A stretch of DNA of 64,000 nucleotides from the NCBI GenBank assembly GCA_963678065.2, contig CAXXVZ010000004.1:480001-544000 (forward strand), given 5' to 3'. Position 1 is the stretch's first letter. Every line of letters starts with the position of its first letter. The notes beneath the pieces were generated by a model. It did not search any database, was not told the DNA's origin, and saw only the letters and a list, made by a program, of their open reading frames with translations. The translations under genes and the position numbers were made by a program. This DNA comes from Treponemataceae bacterium. Lineage in GTDB: Bacteria; Spirochaetota; Spirochaetia; Treponematales; Rectinemataceae. This document shows positions 48,143 through 57,959 of the stretch, piece by piece.

Positions 48143-49129
48143 ATGAATAGGAGATCCATAGCAGCGCTCGTCCTCGGGCTGGCGGCCACGTCCTTCGCAT
48201 TCGCCCAGAGCGGCAAGATCGTCATCAAGGTCGGATACGGTACGGCCGGGGGCCCCATCCACGAAGCGGCAGTCGAGTTCGAAAAGCGCGTCGAAAAGGC
48301 GAATCCCGCCATCGATGTCCAGATTTTCCCGGGCGGACAGCTCGGCTCCGAGGGAGAGATCATCGGCCAGCTCCAGACCGGCATGACCGACATGCTCCCC
48401 ACCACGACCGGCGCCCTCGGGCAGCAGAACCCGATCTACTTCGTCCTCGAGACGCCCTTCGTCTTCCTCGACGAAGAGCAGGCGGACAAGGTCCTCGACG
48501 GCCCCGTCGGCATGAAGTTCCTGAAAGGCTTGGAGTCCAAGGGACTCATCGGCCTCGCATTCTGGGAGAACGGCTTCCGCGAGATGTCGAACAATGTCCG
48601 TCCCATCAAGGCACCCGCCGACCTCAAGGGACTCAAGATGCGCACCCAGCAGAATCGCCTGCACATCAAGTATTTCACCGACCTCGGCTCGAGCCCTACG
48701 CCGATGGCCTTCACCGAGATCTACAACGCCCTCGCGACCAAAGTCGTGGATGGCCAGGAGAACCCCTACTCCCTCATCGCGACGAACAAATTCTACGAGC
48801 AACAGAAGTATGTCTCCCAGACTGACCACGTCTACTCCGCCGTTCCCGTCTTCTTCTCGAAGGCCAGATGGGACAAGCTCCCCGCCGACGTCCAGAAACT
48901 CGTCAGAGACACCGTCTACGACCTCCGCCTCTGGGAGCGCCAGCGCGGACGCGACATGCAGAAAGACTACATCGCCGAAATTTCCAAAAAGTCACAGGTC
49001 GGCATCCTGACGACCGCCGAAAAAGCCGCGTTCCAGAGAGCGGCCGCACCGGCCTACGCCTGGGCCAAAAAAGAATACGGCGCGGTCTACGAAAACCTCC
49101 TCGACGAAGTCCTCGAAGCCGCAAAATAA
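48143..49129 (+). CDS. dctP: TRAP transporter substrate-binding protein
   Basis: Signal peptide; GQLG.E, WENGFR, DLKGLKMR, DGQENP. Confidence 0.93.
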   Translation: MNRRSIAALVLGLAATSFAFAQSGKIVIKVGYGTAGGPIHEAAVEFEKRVEKANPAIDVQIFPGGQLGSEGEIIGQLQTGMTDMLPTTTGALGQQNPIYFVLETPFVFLDEEQADKVLDGPVGMKFLKGLESKGLIGLAFWENGFREMSNNVRPIKAPADLKGLKMRTQQNRLHIKYFTDLGSSPTPMAFTEIYNALATKVVDGQENPYSLIATNKFYEQQKYVSQTDHVYSAVPVFFSKARWDKLPADVQKLVRDTVYDLRLWERQRGRDMQKDYIAEISKKSQVGILTTAEKAAFQRAAAPAYAWAKKEYGAVYENLLDEVLEAAK

Positions 49130-49210
49130 CCTGATTCCCCTTATTCCCGGCATGGCGCCGGCCCCGACACATGTCGGGCACCGGCGCCCGCCGCAACTCA
49201 GGAGCTTTCC

Positions 49211-49702
49211 ATGTCAGAAAATCCGGAACCCCGGATCGCGTGGCCCAAGAAAATCGAATATGCTGTCCTCACCATCCTCGGCGTAGCCGCCACCCTCATC
49301 ATGTTCGGCAACGCGGTTTCCCGCTACGTCTTCGGAAAGACCTACGTCTGGGCCGAGGAAGTCATCCGCATGATCTTCGTCTGCGGCATGTTCATCGCCA
49401 TAACCACGGCTTTCTTCCGCAACGAGCACATCGGCTTCGACAACTTCTCCAAGAAAAAAAGTCCCCTCAACCTTGTCTACCGCCTCACCTACTCCCTGTG
49501 CCTGATCGCTGTCGGCGGAATCCTCGCCGTCTACGGCTACCGCTACAACGCGCTCACCGGTTCGGTCCCTTTGGCCGCGACCAACCTGCCGGCCGCCATC
49601 TTTATGTGGCCCGGCATCATCGCCGGAGCCACCTGGGCCCTCCTCGGCATCTGGCGCCTCATCAGGATCTTCATCGGTCGGTCAGAAGGAAAGGTAACAT
49701 GA
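49211..49702 (+). CDS. dctQ: TRAP transporter small permease
   Basis: Four TMs; RYVF...WAEE, HI. Confidence 0.88.
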   Translation: MSENPEPRIAWPKKIEYAVLTILGVAATLIMFGNAVSRYVFGKTYVWAEEVIRMIFVCGMFIAITTAFFRNEHIGFDNFSKKKSPLNLVYRLTYSLCLIAVGGILAVYGYRYNALTGSVPLAATNLPAAIFMWPGIIAGATWALLGIWRLIRIFIGRSEGKVT

Positions 49703-50982
49703 GCACACTCATCCTCTATCTCGTTCTCTTCGGCATCCTCTTCACCGTCGGGGCGCCCGTCGTGCTCTCCCTCGCGGCGGCCGCTGTCGTCATGCTCCTC
49801 ATAAACGGCCTCGACCTCATGATATTCGCCCAGAAGTTCATGGTCTCGATGGACAACTTCGGCCTCACGGCCATGCTCTTCTTCATCCTCGCCGGCGAAA
49901 TCATGAATGGCGGCGGCATGACGAGGCGCATCGTGGCGGCGGTCTCCCGCCTCGTCAAAGGCATACCCGGCGGACTCGCCATCATCACCCTGGTGTCCTG
50001 CGCCCTCTTCGCGGCCATCAACGGCTCGGCCATCGCAACGGCCCTCGCCATCGGCGCCATCATGTACCCGGCCATGGTCAAGCAGGGCTACTCTCCGGCG
50101 TTCTCGGCCGCGACCATAGCGGCTGGCGGCATCATCGGTCCCATCATTCCACCCTCCATCCCCATGATCGTCTACGGATCGACCACAGGTGACTCCGTCG
50201 CAGCCCTGTTCACGGGCGGATTCATCATCGGCATCATCATGACGCTCGGCGAGGTCATCGTCGCCTATTTCGTGTCGAAAAAACGCGGCTACGGCGTCAA
50301 TGTTCCCGAGATCGATTTCGGCAACACGAAGGGAATAGCCTGGGCACTCGTATTTCCCGTTCTCATAATGGTCTTCATAACGGCGGGCATCATGACGCCC
50401 ACCGAAACCTCCGCCATGGCCGTCGTCTACGCCTGGTTCGTGGGTACCTTCATCTACAAGGAGTTCAAGATGAAGGAGTTGCCGGTCATGATGGTCCGGG
50501 CCATGAAAAGTTCTGGCGCGGTCATGGCGATCGTCGGCGCAGCCTCGGCGGTGGCCTGGATTCTCACCTACGCCCGCGTTCCCCAGCAAGTCACGGAAGT
50601 CATGGTCTCGACCATCAGATCTCCCGTCGTGTTCATGAGCGTGACATTCGGCATCCTTTTCGTGGTGGGCACGATAATGGACCTCACTCCGGCCATCCTC
50701 ATACTGACGCCCATATTCGTGGGTCCGGTCGCGGCCTTCCACGTCGATCCCATCTACTTCGGCGTCTTCTTCTGCGCGACGCTGACTGCCGGCCTCATCA
50801 CGCCGCCCGTCGGGACCCTCATCTACCTCGGATGCTCCATGTCGAACAGCTCACTCGGCGAGGTCGTGAAAGAGCTCCTGCCCTTCATCGTGGCAGTCTA
50901 CGCCGCCCTCTTCCTGTCGGTGATATTCCCGGACATCGTCACCTTCCTGCCCAAAACGGTGTTCCACCTGTACGGTGGCTGA
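49699..50982 (+). CDS. dctM: TRAP transporter large permease
   Basis: FFILAGEIM, GSAIA, IIPPSIP, TPTE, ITPPVG; start overlaps the dctQ stop (ATGA). Confidence 0.93.
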   Translation: MSTLILYLVLFGILFTVGAPVVLSLAAAAVVMLLINGLDLMIFAQKFMVSMDNFGLTAMLFFILAGEIMNGGGMTRRIVAAVSRLVKGIPGGLAIITLVSCALFAAINGSAIATALAIGAIMYPAMVKQGYSPAFSAATIAAGGIIGPIIPPSIPMIVYGSTTGDSVAALFTGGFIIGIIMTLGEVIVAYFVSKKRGYGVNVPEIDFGNTKGIAWALVFPVLIMVFITAGIMTPTETSAMAVVYAWFVGTFIYKEFKMKELPVMMVRAMKSSGAVMAIVGAASAVAWILTYARVPQQVTEVMVSTIRSPVVFMSVTFGILFVVGTIMDLTPAILILTPIFVGPVAAFHVDPIYFGVFFCATLTAGLITPPVGTLIYLGCSMSNSSLGEVVKELLPFIVAVYAALFLSVIFPDIVTFLPKTVFHLYGG

Positions 50983-51004
50983 TCCGCCTTTAGGAGAACG
51001 GACC

Positions 51005-52522
51005 ATGAATTTTGAAACAAGGCTCGTCCTCGCCGTGGACATCGGAACTTCGTCGGTGCGGGCGCTGGCCTTCGACGCGGAAGGGGCGATCCACGCACGA
51101 CGGCAGATACAATACCCGGCCATCCGTCCAAGGCCCTATTGCGAGGAACAGAATCCTGTGCTCGTGCGGAACGAAGTCTGCCGGGCTATCGCGGAGCTGC
51201 TCGCGTCGGGAGAAATCGATCCCGCCTCCGTCGGAGCCATCGCTTTCTCTTCGCAGATGTACGGCATATTCGCCCTGGACGGCGAAGACAGGCCCCTGAC
51301 GAACAACATCCTGTGGTCGGACGGCCGCGCGGAGGCCCAGGCCGAGGCCATGAAGGCGGAACAAGGAGAGCTCTGGCTCTATCCCGCGACAGGCTGTCCC
51401 ATGAACTCGATATACCCCCTGGCAAAGATCGCATGGCTCCGGGAAATGGAGCCGGCAACCTTCGCAGCTTCCCGCAGGTTCGTTTCGATAAAGGAATATG
51501 TCGCCTGGCCTTTCGTCGGGGAGTGGGTCATCGATTACTCCATGGCTTCGGCCACAGGCATGCTCGATATCCGCTCCCACGCCTGGCATCCTGAGGCCCT
51601 CGCGGCCGCGGGTCTTTCGCCGGGGCAGCTCTCGCGCCCGGTCTCCGGGTTGGAGCGCTTCGCCCTGCGCGCCGATTCTCCTCTCTCGGGCCTCGGATTG
51701 CCGGAGCATGTCGCGATATTCATGGGCGGCGGCGACGGTCCGCTCGCGAACCTCGGCTCAGGCGCCTCAGGAATAGGTGCGATCAATATCGACTTGGGGA
51801 CATCGGGAGCCGCCCGCTGCATAGCCGACGCGGCGACCGTGGACGAGAGCGCGAGCCTCTGGTGCTTCTGTCTCACAAAGGAACTCTGGGCCTACGGCGG
51901 CATCGTCACCAATGTCGGCAACGCCTACCAGTGGCTCGGCTCCAACGTGGCCGGCGCCGCCGGTCTCTCCTCCGACGAAGCTTACGCCCTCCTCAATCGC
52001 CTCGCCGCCGAGACCGCGCCCGGAGCCGGAGGGCTTTTCTTCCTTCCTTACCTGCGCAAGGCGCGTTCACCCTACTGGGATGGAAAGCTCAAAGGCACGA
52101 TGTACGGGCTCACCGCCGACCACGGTCTCGGCCACATGGCGCGTGCCCTTCTCGAGGCGATAGCCTACGACCTCAGGACTATCATCGCCCTCATGGACAG
52201 GCGAATCGCGACGCTGCCACACATCGTCCTGACAGGCGGGCTGTCGCGCTCGCCCGTGATTCCCCAGCTCCTTTCGGATGTGCTCGGAAGGGAAATACGG
52301 ACGCCCCGGGATGGCGAGGGATCGGTCGCGGGTGCGGCCATCCTCGCCCTGCGAGGCATCGGGGCCATCGACGGCCTCGCCTTCAGGGAGAGCGCCCGGC
52401 CTTACACCACCTTCATGCCCGATCCGGATAATGCGGCGGTCTACGAGGCCTCCTACCGATCCTACACGCGCCTCGTCGAGGCACTGCGCCGGATCGATCT
52501 TCCCGAAGGAGAAGTGCGATGA
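51005..52522 (+). CDS. FGGY-family carbohydrate kinase (gluconokinase-like)
   Basis: VDIGTSS, WSDGRA, SIKEY, SMASATG, DGPLANLG, GTSGA.R, TGG. Confidence 0.88.
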   Translation: MNFETRLVLAVDIGTSSVRALAFDAEGAIHARRQIQYPAIRPRPYCEEQNPVLVRNEVCRAIAELLASGEIDPASVGAIAFSSQMYGIFALDGEDRPLTNNILWSDGRAEAQAEAMKAEQGELWLYPATGCPMNSIYPLAKIAWLREMEPATFAASRRFVSIKEYVAWPFVGEWVIDYSMASATGMLDIRSHAWHPEALAAAGLSPGQLSRPVSGLERFALRADSPLSGLGLPEHVAIFMGGGDGPLANLGSGASGIGAINIDLGTSGAARCIADAATVDESASLWCFCLTKELWAYGGIVTNVGNAYQWLGSNVAGAAGLSSDEAYALLNRLAAETAPGAGGLFFLPYLRKARSPYWDGKLKGTMYGLTADHGLGHMARALLEAIAYDLRTIIALMDRRIATLPHIVLTGGLSRSPVIPQLLSDVLGREIRTPRDGEGSVAGAAILALRGIGAIDGLAFRESARPYTTFMPDPDNAAVYEASYRSYTRLVEALRRIDLPEGEVR

Positions 52523-53493
52523 GGGTCCTCGTCACATCCAAATCCTTCGGCAGCTGCGCCCCCGAGGCCGTCCGCCACCTGTGCGACAACGGAATCGAGG
52601 TCGTCAGAGGATCGAAGCCCTCGATGACGGCGGCAGAAATAGCCGCAGAACTGCCGGGCTTCGACGCCCTCATCGTCGGAAACGATCCGGTCGACGCTCA
52701 GGTGCTCGACGCGGGCGACAGGCTCAGACTCGTCCACATGCACGGGACGGGCCTCGACGCCATCGACGTCGGATACGCCACGAAGAAAGGCATCCTCGTC
52801 GCCAACGCGCCAGGGGCGAACCGCAACGCCGTCGCGGAACTCACTGTCGCCCTCCTCCTCATCTCCGCGCGGGCGATAGACCGCCACATCGCCATCCTCG
52901 GCGAAGGGAGGTGGGAGCGGCGCGCCGGAACCGAGGTCTCCGGGAAGACGATCGGCATGCTCGGCCTCGGGAATATCGGCAGACGCATCGTCGAACTCCT
53001 TTCCGGCTTCGGCGTGCGCGTAGTCGCCTTCGACCCCGCTCCGGACAGGGACTGGGCGGAAGATCACGGCGTCTGCCTCGCCCCGGAAGTCGACAGCGTG
53101 TTTGCGCAGGCCGACTTCCTCGTCCTCGCCCTTCCTCTCACACAGGCGACACAGCGCATCGTCGACGCGCGCAGGATAGGCCTCATGAAAACGGGCGCCT
53201 ACATCGTGAACACAGCCAGGGGAGGATTGGTCGACGAGGAAGCCCTGTGCGAGGCTGTTCTCGGGAAGCGGATCGCGGGGGCTGCGATCGACGCGTTCTC
53301 CGAAGAACCTCTTCCTCAGGACTCTCCCCTCAGAGGCGCGGGTATCACGCTCACGCCGCACCTCGCGGCCACCTCGCTCGAAGCCGCCGCCAATGTCTCC
53401 ACCATCGTCGCGCGCAATGTCGTCGACGTTCTCGTCCACGGAAAAACGGATTGCGCGGTCAACCCTCGCGCCGTATCGGCGAAGATGAATTGA
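52519..53493 (+). CDS. D-isomer-specific 2-hydroxyacid dehydrogenase (SerA-like)
   Basis: AVAE, GLGNIG, NTARG, DAFSEEP, TPHLA. Confidence 0.9.
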   Translation: MRVLVTSKSFGSCAPEAVRHLCDNGIEVVRGSKPSMTAAEIAAELPGFDALIVGNDPVDAQVLDAGDRLRLVHMHGTGLDAIDVGYATKKGILVANAPGANRNAVAELTVALLLISARAIDRHIAILGEGRWERRAGTEVSGKTIGMLGLGNIGRRIVELLSGFGVRVVAFDPAPDRDWAEDHGVCLAPEVDSVFAQADFLVLALPLTQATQRIVDARRIGLMKTGAYIVNTARGGLVDEEALCEAVLGKRIAGAAIDAFSEEPLPQDSPLRGAGITLTPHLAATSLEAAANVSTIVARNVVDVLVHGKTDCAVNPRAVSAKMN

Positions 53494-53506
53494 CGTCATC
53501 AGATTT

Positions 53507-53523
53507 ATGTAGTAAAATTACAT
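53507..53523. promoter_or_regulatory. RpiR/HexR-like operator upstream of the aldolase gene
   Basis: ATGTAGTAAAATTACAT near-palindrome in an AT-rich intergenic gap; same pattern as 48091-48107. Confidence 0.65.
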
Positions 53524-53554
53524 AAATCAATATCACTACTACAAGGATGATCAC

Positions 53555-54502
53555 ATGGCAATGCAAGGTTCCCTCGTCCCCAATATCACTATGTTCGACC
53601 GTGACGGAAAAATCGACGAATCGCGGACGGCCTGGCACATGGACTGGATGTTCGCCCACGGCGTCGATGGGCTCTTTCTCACCGGTTCCTATGGAGCCGG
53701 CCCCCTCATGTCCACGGAAGAGCGGATCTCGATCTACCGCCTCGCGAAAAAGGTCGCCGACCGCTACCAGGGAAAAATCCTCCTGCCCCATGTCGGCTGC
53801 ATCGACACGGACAACGCCGTCGCGCTCGCCAGGGCCGCGGAGGAGATCGGCGCGGACGCGGTGGGAGCGGTGCCTCCCTTCTATTACAAGCACACCGACG
53901 AGGCGGTGATCGAGTACTACCGCGCCATCATCCAGGCCGTGAAGATTCCCGTCTACGCCTACAACAATCCGGAGACCTCGCGCTACACCTTCAACCTGAA
54001 GACTGTCCAGAAGCTGCAGGAAATCGGACTCGCAGGCATGAAAGACAGTCCTCTCTCCCTCGGCTTCATCACGCAGGTCGCCTACATGGCCCAGGAAGCG
54101 GCGGCGCGAGGCGGAAAAGAGTTCCAGCTCATCACCGGAACCTCCACAGGCTGGCTCCCTCTCTACTACATGGGGGTCAGGGCGACGATAGCCGGCATGA
54201 ACAACTGGGCTCCGGAGATCATGACCGAACTCGTCCGCGCCACCTTCGCGGGCGAGACCGACCGGGCCAGAAAGGCCTACCTCGTCATGATGGACCTTTC
54301 GGCCAAGCTCCACTTCGGCGATTCGACCATCGCCTCTCACATGGCCCTCTACGCGCGGGGCATCGACGCAGGATTCCCGCGCAAACCCATGATTCTCCCG
54401 CGCTTCGGCGACACGAAGTACGCGGAAATCCGAGGCTGGCTCGAAAAGGGATTCGGCGAACTCGGACTTCCCTTCGAGGCAGGAAACTTCAGGCCCGAAT
54501 GA
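53555..54502 (+). CDS. DHDPS/NAL-family aldolase or dehydratase
   Basis: GSYG, PPFYY, YNNP, Schiff-base lysine in GMKDS. Confidence 0.88.
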   Translation: MAMQGSLVPNITMFDRDGKIDESRTAWHMDWMFAHGVDGLFLTGSYGAGPLMSTEERISIYRLAKKVADRYQGKILLPHVGCIDTDNAVALARAAEEIGADAVGAVPPFYYKHTDEAVIEYYRAIIQAVKIPVYAYNNPETSRYTFNLKTVQKLQEIGLAGMKDSPLSLGFITQVAYMAQEAAARGGKEFQLITGTSTGWLPLYYMGVRATIAGMNNWAPEIMTELVRATFAGETDRARKAYLVMMDLSAKLHFGDSTIASHMALYARGIDAGFPRKPMILPRFGDTKYAEIRGWLEKGFGELGLPFEAGNFRPE

Positions 54503-54644
54503 GCGGGGCAGCCTGCCCGTGCCCAGGCGGGTGCCATGGGATTCCGGGTCGACGGCCGGAGGAACTTCGCCAGCTTCCAACCGGCCGCCGGCCGGGGGCC
54601 GGCGTGATTGCGGCCGGCGCAGCGCGCAGGGTATACTTTACAGG

Positions 54645-55487
54645 ATGATCGAAAAAATGAGGTTCATTACCGACAACTACGGCAGTCTCCGCAAGTCCGA
54701 GACAAAGGTCGCCGATTTCATTCTCGAACACCCCCAGGATGTGATCCACTTCTCCGTCAGCGAACTCGCGGACCAGGCTTCGGTGAGCGAGCCAACGGTC
54801 ATCCGATTCTGCCGGGGGCTGGGTTTCAAGGGTTTCCAGGACTTCAAGATCCACCTTGCCCAGAGCATCATCCCCGAGGTGCGCAGCATCCACGAGTCGG
54901 TCAACCGGGGCGAGGACGTGCCCGAGCTCGTCCGCAAGGTCTTCGACGCCAATGTCGACGCGGTGCACAGCACCCTCGGGACCCTCGATTTCGCCGAAGT
55001 CCAGACAACGATAGATACCCTGTCAAAGGCAGGCAAGATCATCTTTTACGGACTCGGCGGATCGGCCGTGGTCGCCATGGACGCCTACCACAAGTTTTTC
55101 CGTATCGGCATCCCCTGCGGCTGGTTCAACGACAGCCACATGGCCCTCATGGCCGCCTCGATGATGAAGCCCGGAGAGGTTTTCGTCGCCATCTCTCACT
55201 CTGGTTCCAGCGTGGACGTGGTGGAGGCCATCGAGGCCGCGGTCAATTCCGGAGCCTCCACGGTCGCCATCGTCAGCCACCACAAGTCCCCCGTATCCAA
55301 GATCGCGCAGAGGACACTCTGCGTCGCGTCCACGGAAACCGGCTACCGCTTCGAGCCCATGGCCTCGCGCATCGCCCAGCTCTGCGTCATCGACGTGCTG
55401 TCGGTCGGCGTCTCAATGCTGCGCAGCGATGAGGTCGTAGCCAACCTCACCAAATCGAGGAAGGCGCTGGCCCGCAAGCGGTACTGA
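54645..55487 (+). CDS. RpiR/MurR-family transcriptional regulator
   Basis: SE.KVADFIL, VSEPTVIRFC..LGF.GF, SIS domain GLGGS, ISHSG; start uncertain. Confidence 0.9.
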   Translation: MIEKMRFITDNYGSLRKSETKVADFILEHPQDVIHFSVSELADQASVSEPTVIRFCRGLGFKGFQDFKIHLAQSIIPEVRSIHESVNRGEDVPELVRKVFDANVDAVHSTLGTLDFAEVQTTIDTLSKAGKIIFYGLGGSAVVAMDAYHKFFRIGIPCGWFNDSHMALMAASMMKPGEVFVAISHSGSSVDVVEAIEAAVNSGASTVAIVSHHKSPVSKIAQRTLCVASTETGYRFEPMASRIAQLCVIDVLSVGVSMLRSDEVVANLTKSRKALARKRY

Positions 55488-55557
55488 GGGCGACCGCGCC
55501 GGGCGAGGCCATACAGATTCAGCCGCCGGCGTTGAGAATTGAGAAGCTCCGCCCGCC

Positions 55558-56442
55558 TCAATACCGCCTCGACGACAAGGCCGCGCGCGACTTCCCCAGA
55601 TTGGCCACGACGATGGATTCGCGTCGCAGCGCCACGGCCACGCTCAGCATGTCGAGAACCGCGAGCTGGCAGATCCTGGCAGCCATCGGCTCCGGACGGA
55701 ACGCAAGCTCGCGGGCGGTTACGAGGAGCGATACGTCGCAGGCCGACGTGATGGGCGAGCCGGGACTGCTGGTGATGCAGATCGTCGTGGCCCCGGATTT
55801 TCCCGCCGTGGTCATCGCGTCGATTATGTCTTTGGTGCTGCCGGAGTGCGAGATCCCGACGGCCACATCGCCCGGGCCGAGAAGCGCCGCCGACATGAGC
55901 TGCATGTGATTGTCGCTGTAGGCGATGCAGGGTATGCCGAGCCTGAAGAACTTGTGATGAGCATCGGCCGCCACCGCTCCGGATCCTCCGAGACCGTAGA
56001 ACTCTATCCTCGACGCTCCGGACAGGATTTCGGCCGCCTTCGCGACGGATTCAGAATCCATATTCGACAAAGTATCCTGCAGCGCCTGGATATCCGCAAG
56101 AAACACCTTCCGCGCGAGATTGCCTATCAGATCGCCTTCTTCGGCTTCCTCATGGATCGACTTCACCGGCTCTATGAGGGATCTGGATAGTTCCACCTTG
56201 AGCTGCTGGTATCCGATATAGCCCAAAGCCTTGCACAGCCGTATCACGGAAGCGACGGAAACCCCCGAGCCCTGCCCTATCTGATTGATGTTCAGAGCCA
56301 GAATCCTCCTCGGGTCTTCAAGGATGAAGTCGGCCACCTTCCTCTCGGAATCGCGCAGTCTGCCGTATTCGGAACGGATGTGTACGAGTGTGTCGACAGG
56401 ATCTGTCCCCGGCGAGCCAGTACTCCGTGCTTTTATCGCCAT
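55558..56442 (-). CDS. RpiR/MurR-family transcriptional regulator (paralogue of the adjacent gene)
   Basis: SERKVADFIL, VIRLCKALG, GLGGS, HKFFRLGIPC, ISHSG. Confidence 0.9.
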   Translation of the reverse strand: MAIKARSTGSPGTDPVDTLVHIRSEYGRLRDSERKVADFILEDPRRILALNINQIGQGSGVSVASVIRLCKALGYIGYQQLKVELSRSLIEPVKSIHEEAEEGDLIGNLARKVFLADIQALQDTLSNMDSESVAKAAEILSGASRIEFYGLGGSGAVAADAHHKFFRLGIPCIAYSDNHMQLMSAALLGPGDVAVGISHSGSTKDIIDAMTTAGKSGATTICITSSPGSPITSACDVSLLVTARELAFRPEPMAARICQLAVLDMLSVAVALRRESIVVANLGKSRAALSSRRY

Positions 56443-56544
56443 GTGCTCTCCCGCGGATATGAATGAAGCGGGGGAAGCGCAGGCATCCCCGCCTCATTCA
56501 AGTATCCAGGCCGCAGAAAACCCTGTCAACCGGGAGAAGAGTCT

Positions 56545-57768
56545 TCAGGGTGCGCTCAGGTAGGAAGAGATCTCTTCGCCGACGCGCGCTCTCCAGATCA
56601 CCAGGTTCCCCTTGTCCTTCCAGTTGAGCTCTCCGCCGAAGAGCTCGTGGAGCCTGTTGTTGTTGAAATAGATGTTGCCCTTGCCGTCGAACTGGAGGCC
56701 GTCGACCCAAACCATCTTCGGGTCGGAAATGTACGGAACCATTTTCCCGGACCACGGTTCGAAGTAGCCGATTCCCATGCCCTCGAGCATGGTGAACCAG
56801 ATGCGTCCCTGGTTGTCCGCGGACATCCCGTCGGTATTCGTTCCCTTGGAGCCGAAATCCCGCACATGTTCCCTGATTTCCCGCTCTCCCTTGCTCCAGT
56901 CGCGAAGGTATGCCGTCGATATGCCATAAAGGTTTCTGGAAGTCAGCGGGCACCAGTACAGCATCTCGCGGTCCGCGGACAGCGCGATGCCGTCAGCCCC
57001 CGTGCGCATAGGACTCGCGGCGTTCACTTTTTTCCCATTGATGGAGAACCAGTATCCCGCGAGATCCTGGGTGGACAGATGCTGGTGCAGGACTCTGCGC
57101 AGCAGTTTGCGGTTCATGTCATAGACGACTATCCCGCCCTGGAGGGGATCGGAGAAAATGCCCGAGTCGGCTATGTAGGCGAATCCGTTCTTGGTATCGA
57201 GAACGATGTCGTTCAGGAAGGAAGCCTGGTAGGAGGCGATCGAGTCGGGAATCTTTACCACATCGACAAGCTTGTCGGCTCTGAGATCCCAGATGACGAT
57301 TTTCTGCGATCCATCGAGGGAGGGAGCCCCGTCGACATGGCCCTGGTCGAGGATCCACATGCGCTGCTGGTCGTCGATCTCATACCCGAGGACCGACTGG
57401 AGCGCGGCCGGATTCCCCTCCTTGTTCATCTCCCAGCTGGGGAAGGGTTCGAGAAGCGCCTCTCCGCCCTTGAACACAACGCGATTCAGGGTGGCGGGAA
57501 TGCCGGGAGCCCAGCGCGGAACCGAGAGGTACAGATTCCCGGCCGCGTCCGCCTTGAACCCGGCCGGCATGGCCCCAGTCCAATATTCTGCGCCATCTCT
57601 CCCCTTGTAGAGGGCCTTCGTCGCGGCATCGGGGAAATTCCACTCGAGGTGTGCCCATGAAATGAAGGGCTCATACGTGGCAGCGGGCATCGGCGGCGCG
57701 GCCGGCGAAGCAAAAACGCCGTACAGCGCCAGAGCAGCGAGAACGAAAACCATCAGAAACTTGCGCAT
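56545..57768 (-). CDS. Secreted yellow/major royal jelly protein family beta-propeller
   Basis: Signal peptide; LSVPRW..G.PATL, PFPSWEMN, MWILDQG, FLNDIV, AYIADS, DGIALS, WVDG. Confidence 0.85.
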   Translation of the reverse strand: MRKFLMVFVLAALALYGVFASPAAPPMPAATYEPFISWAHLEWNFPDAATKALYKGRDGAEYWTGAMPAGFKADAAGNLYLSVPRWAPGIPATLNRVVFKGGEALLEPFPSWEMNKEGNPAALQSVLGYEIDDQQRMWILDQGHVDGAPSLDGSQKIVIWDLRADKLVDVVKIPDSIASYQASFLNDIVLDTKNGFAYIADSGIFSDPLQGGIVVYDMNRKLLRRVLHQHLSTQDLAGYWFSINGKKVNAASPMRTGADGIALSADREMLYWCPLTSRNLYGISTAYLRDWSKGEREIREHVRDFGSKGTNTDGMSADNQGRIWFTMLEGMGIGYFEPWSGKMVPYISDPKMVWVDGLQFDGKGNIYFNNNRLHELFGGELNWKDKGNLVIWRARVGEEISSYLSAP

Positions 57769-57805
57769 CTTTCCTCCTGCGATCCCCTGAGGACCGTCTG
57801 GAAGA

Positions 57806-57834
57806 ATGGTAAGTCCACTTCACATATATGTCAA
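57806..57834 (-). promoter_or_regulatory. Sigma70 promoter of the yellow/MRJP gene
   Basis: Minus strand TTGACA-17 bp-TACCAT; ACATATATGT palindrome overlaps the -35. Confidence 0.65.
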
Positions 57835-57959
57835 GATATTTTTTTACATCATATATATGTTTTTGTTTTACATTTACATATCACGCGTAAATGAAACAGC
57901 CGACCGTCTCCGGATCTGGATCTGGATCTGGAGACGGTCGGCTGACAAAACTGCACCGT

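Noticed and set aside
57912..57931. (GGATCT)x3 microsatellite
   Set aside because: Too short, intergenic and without spacers; not a CRISPR array or a credible phase-variation tract
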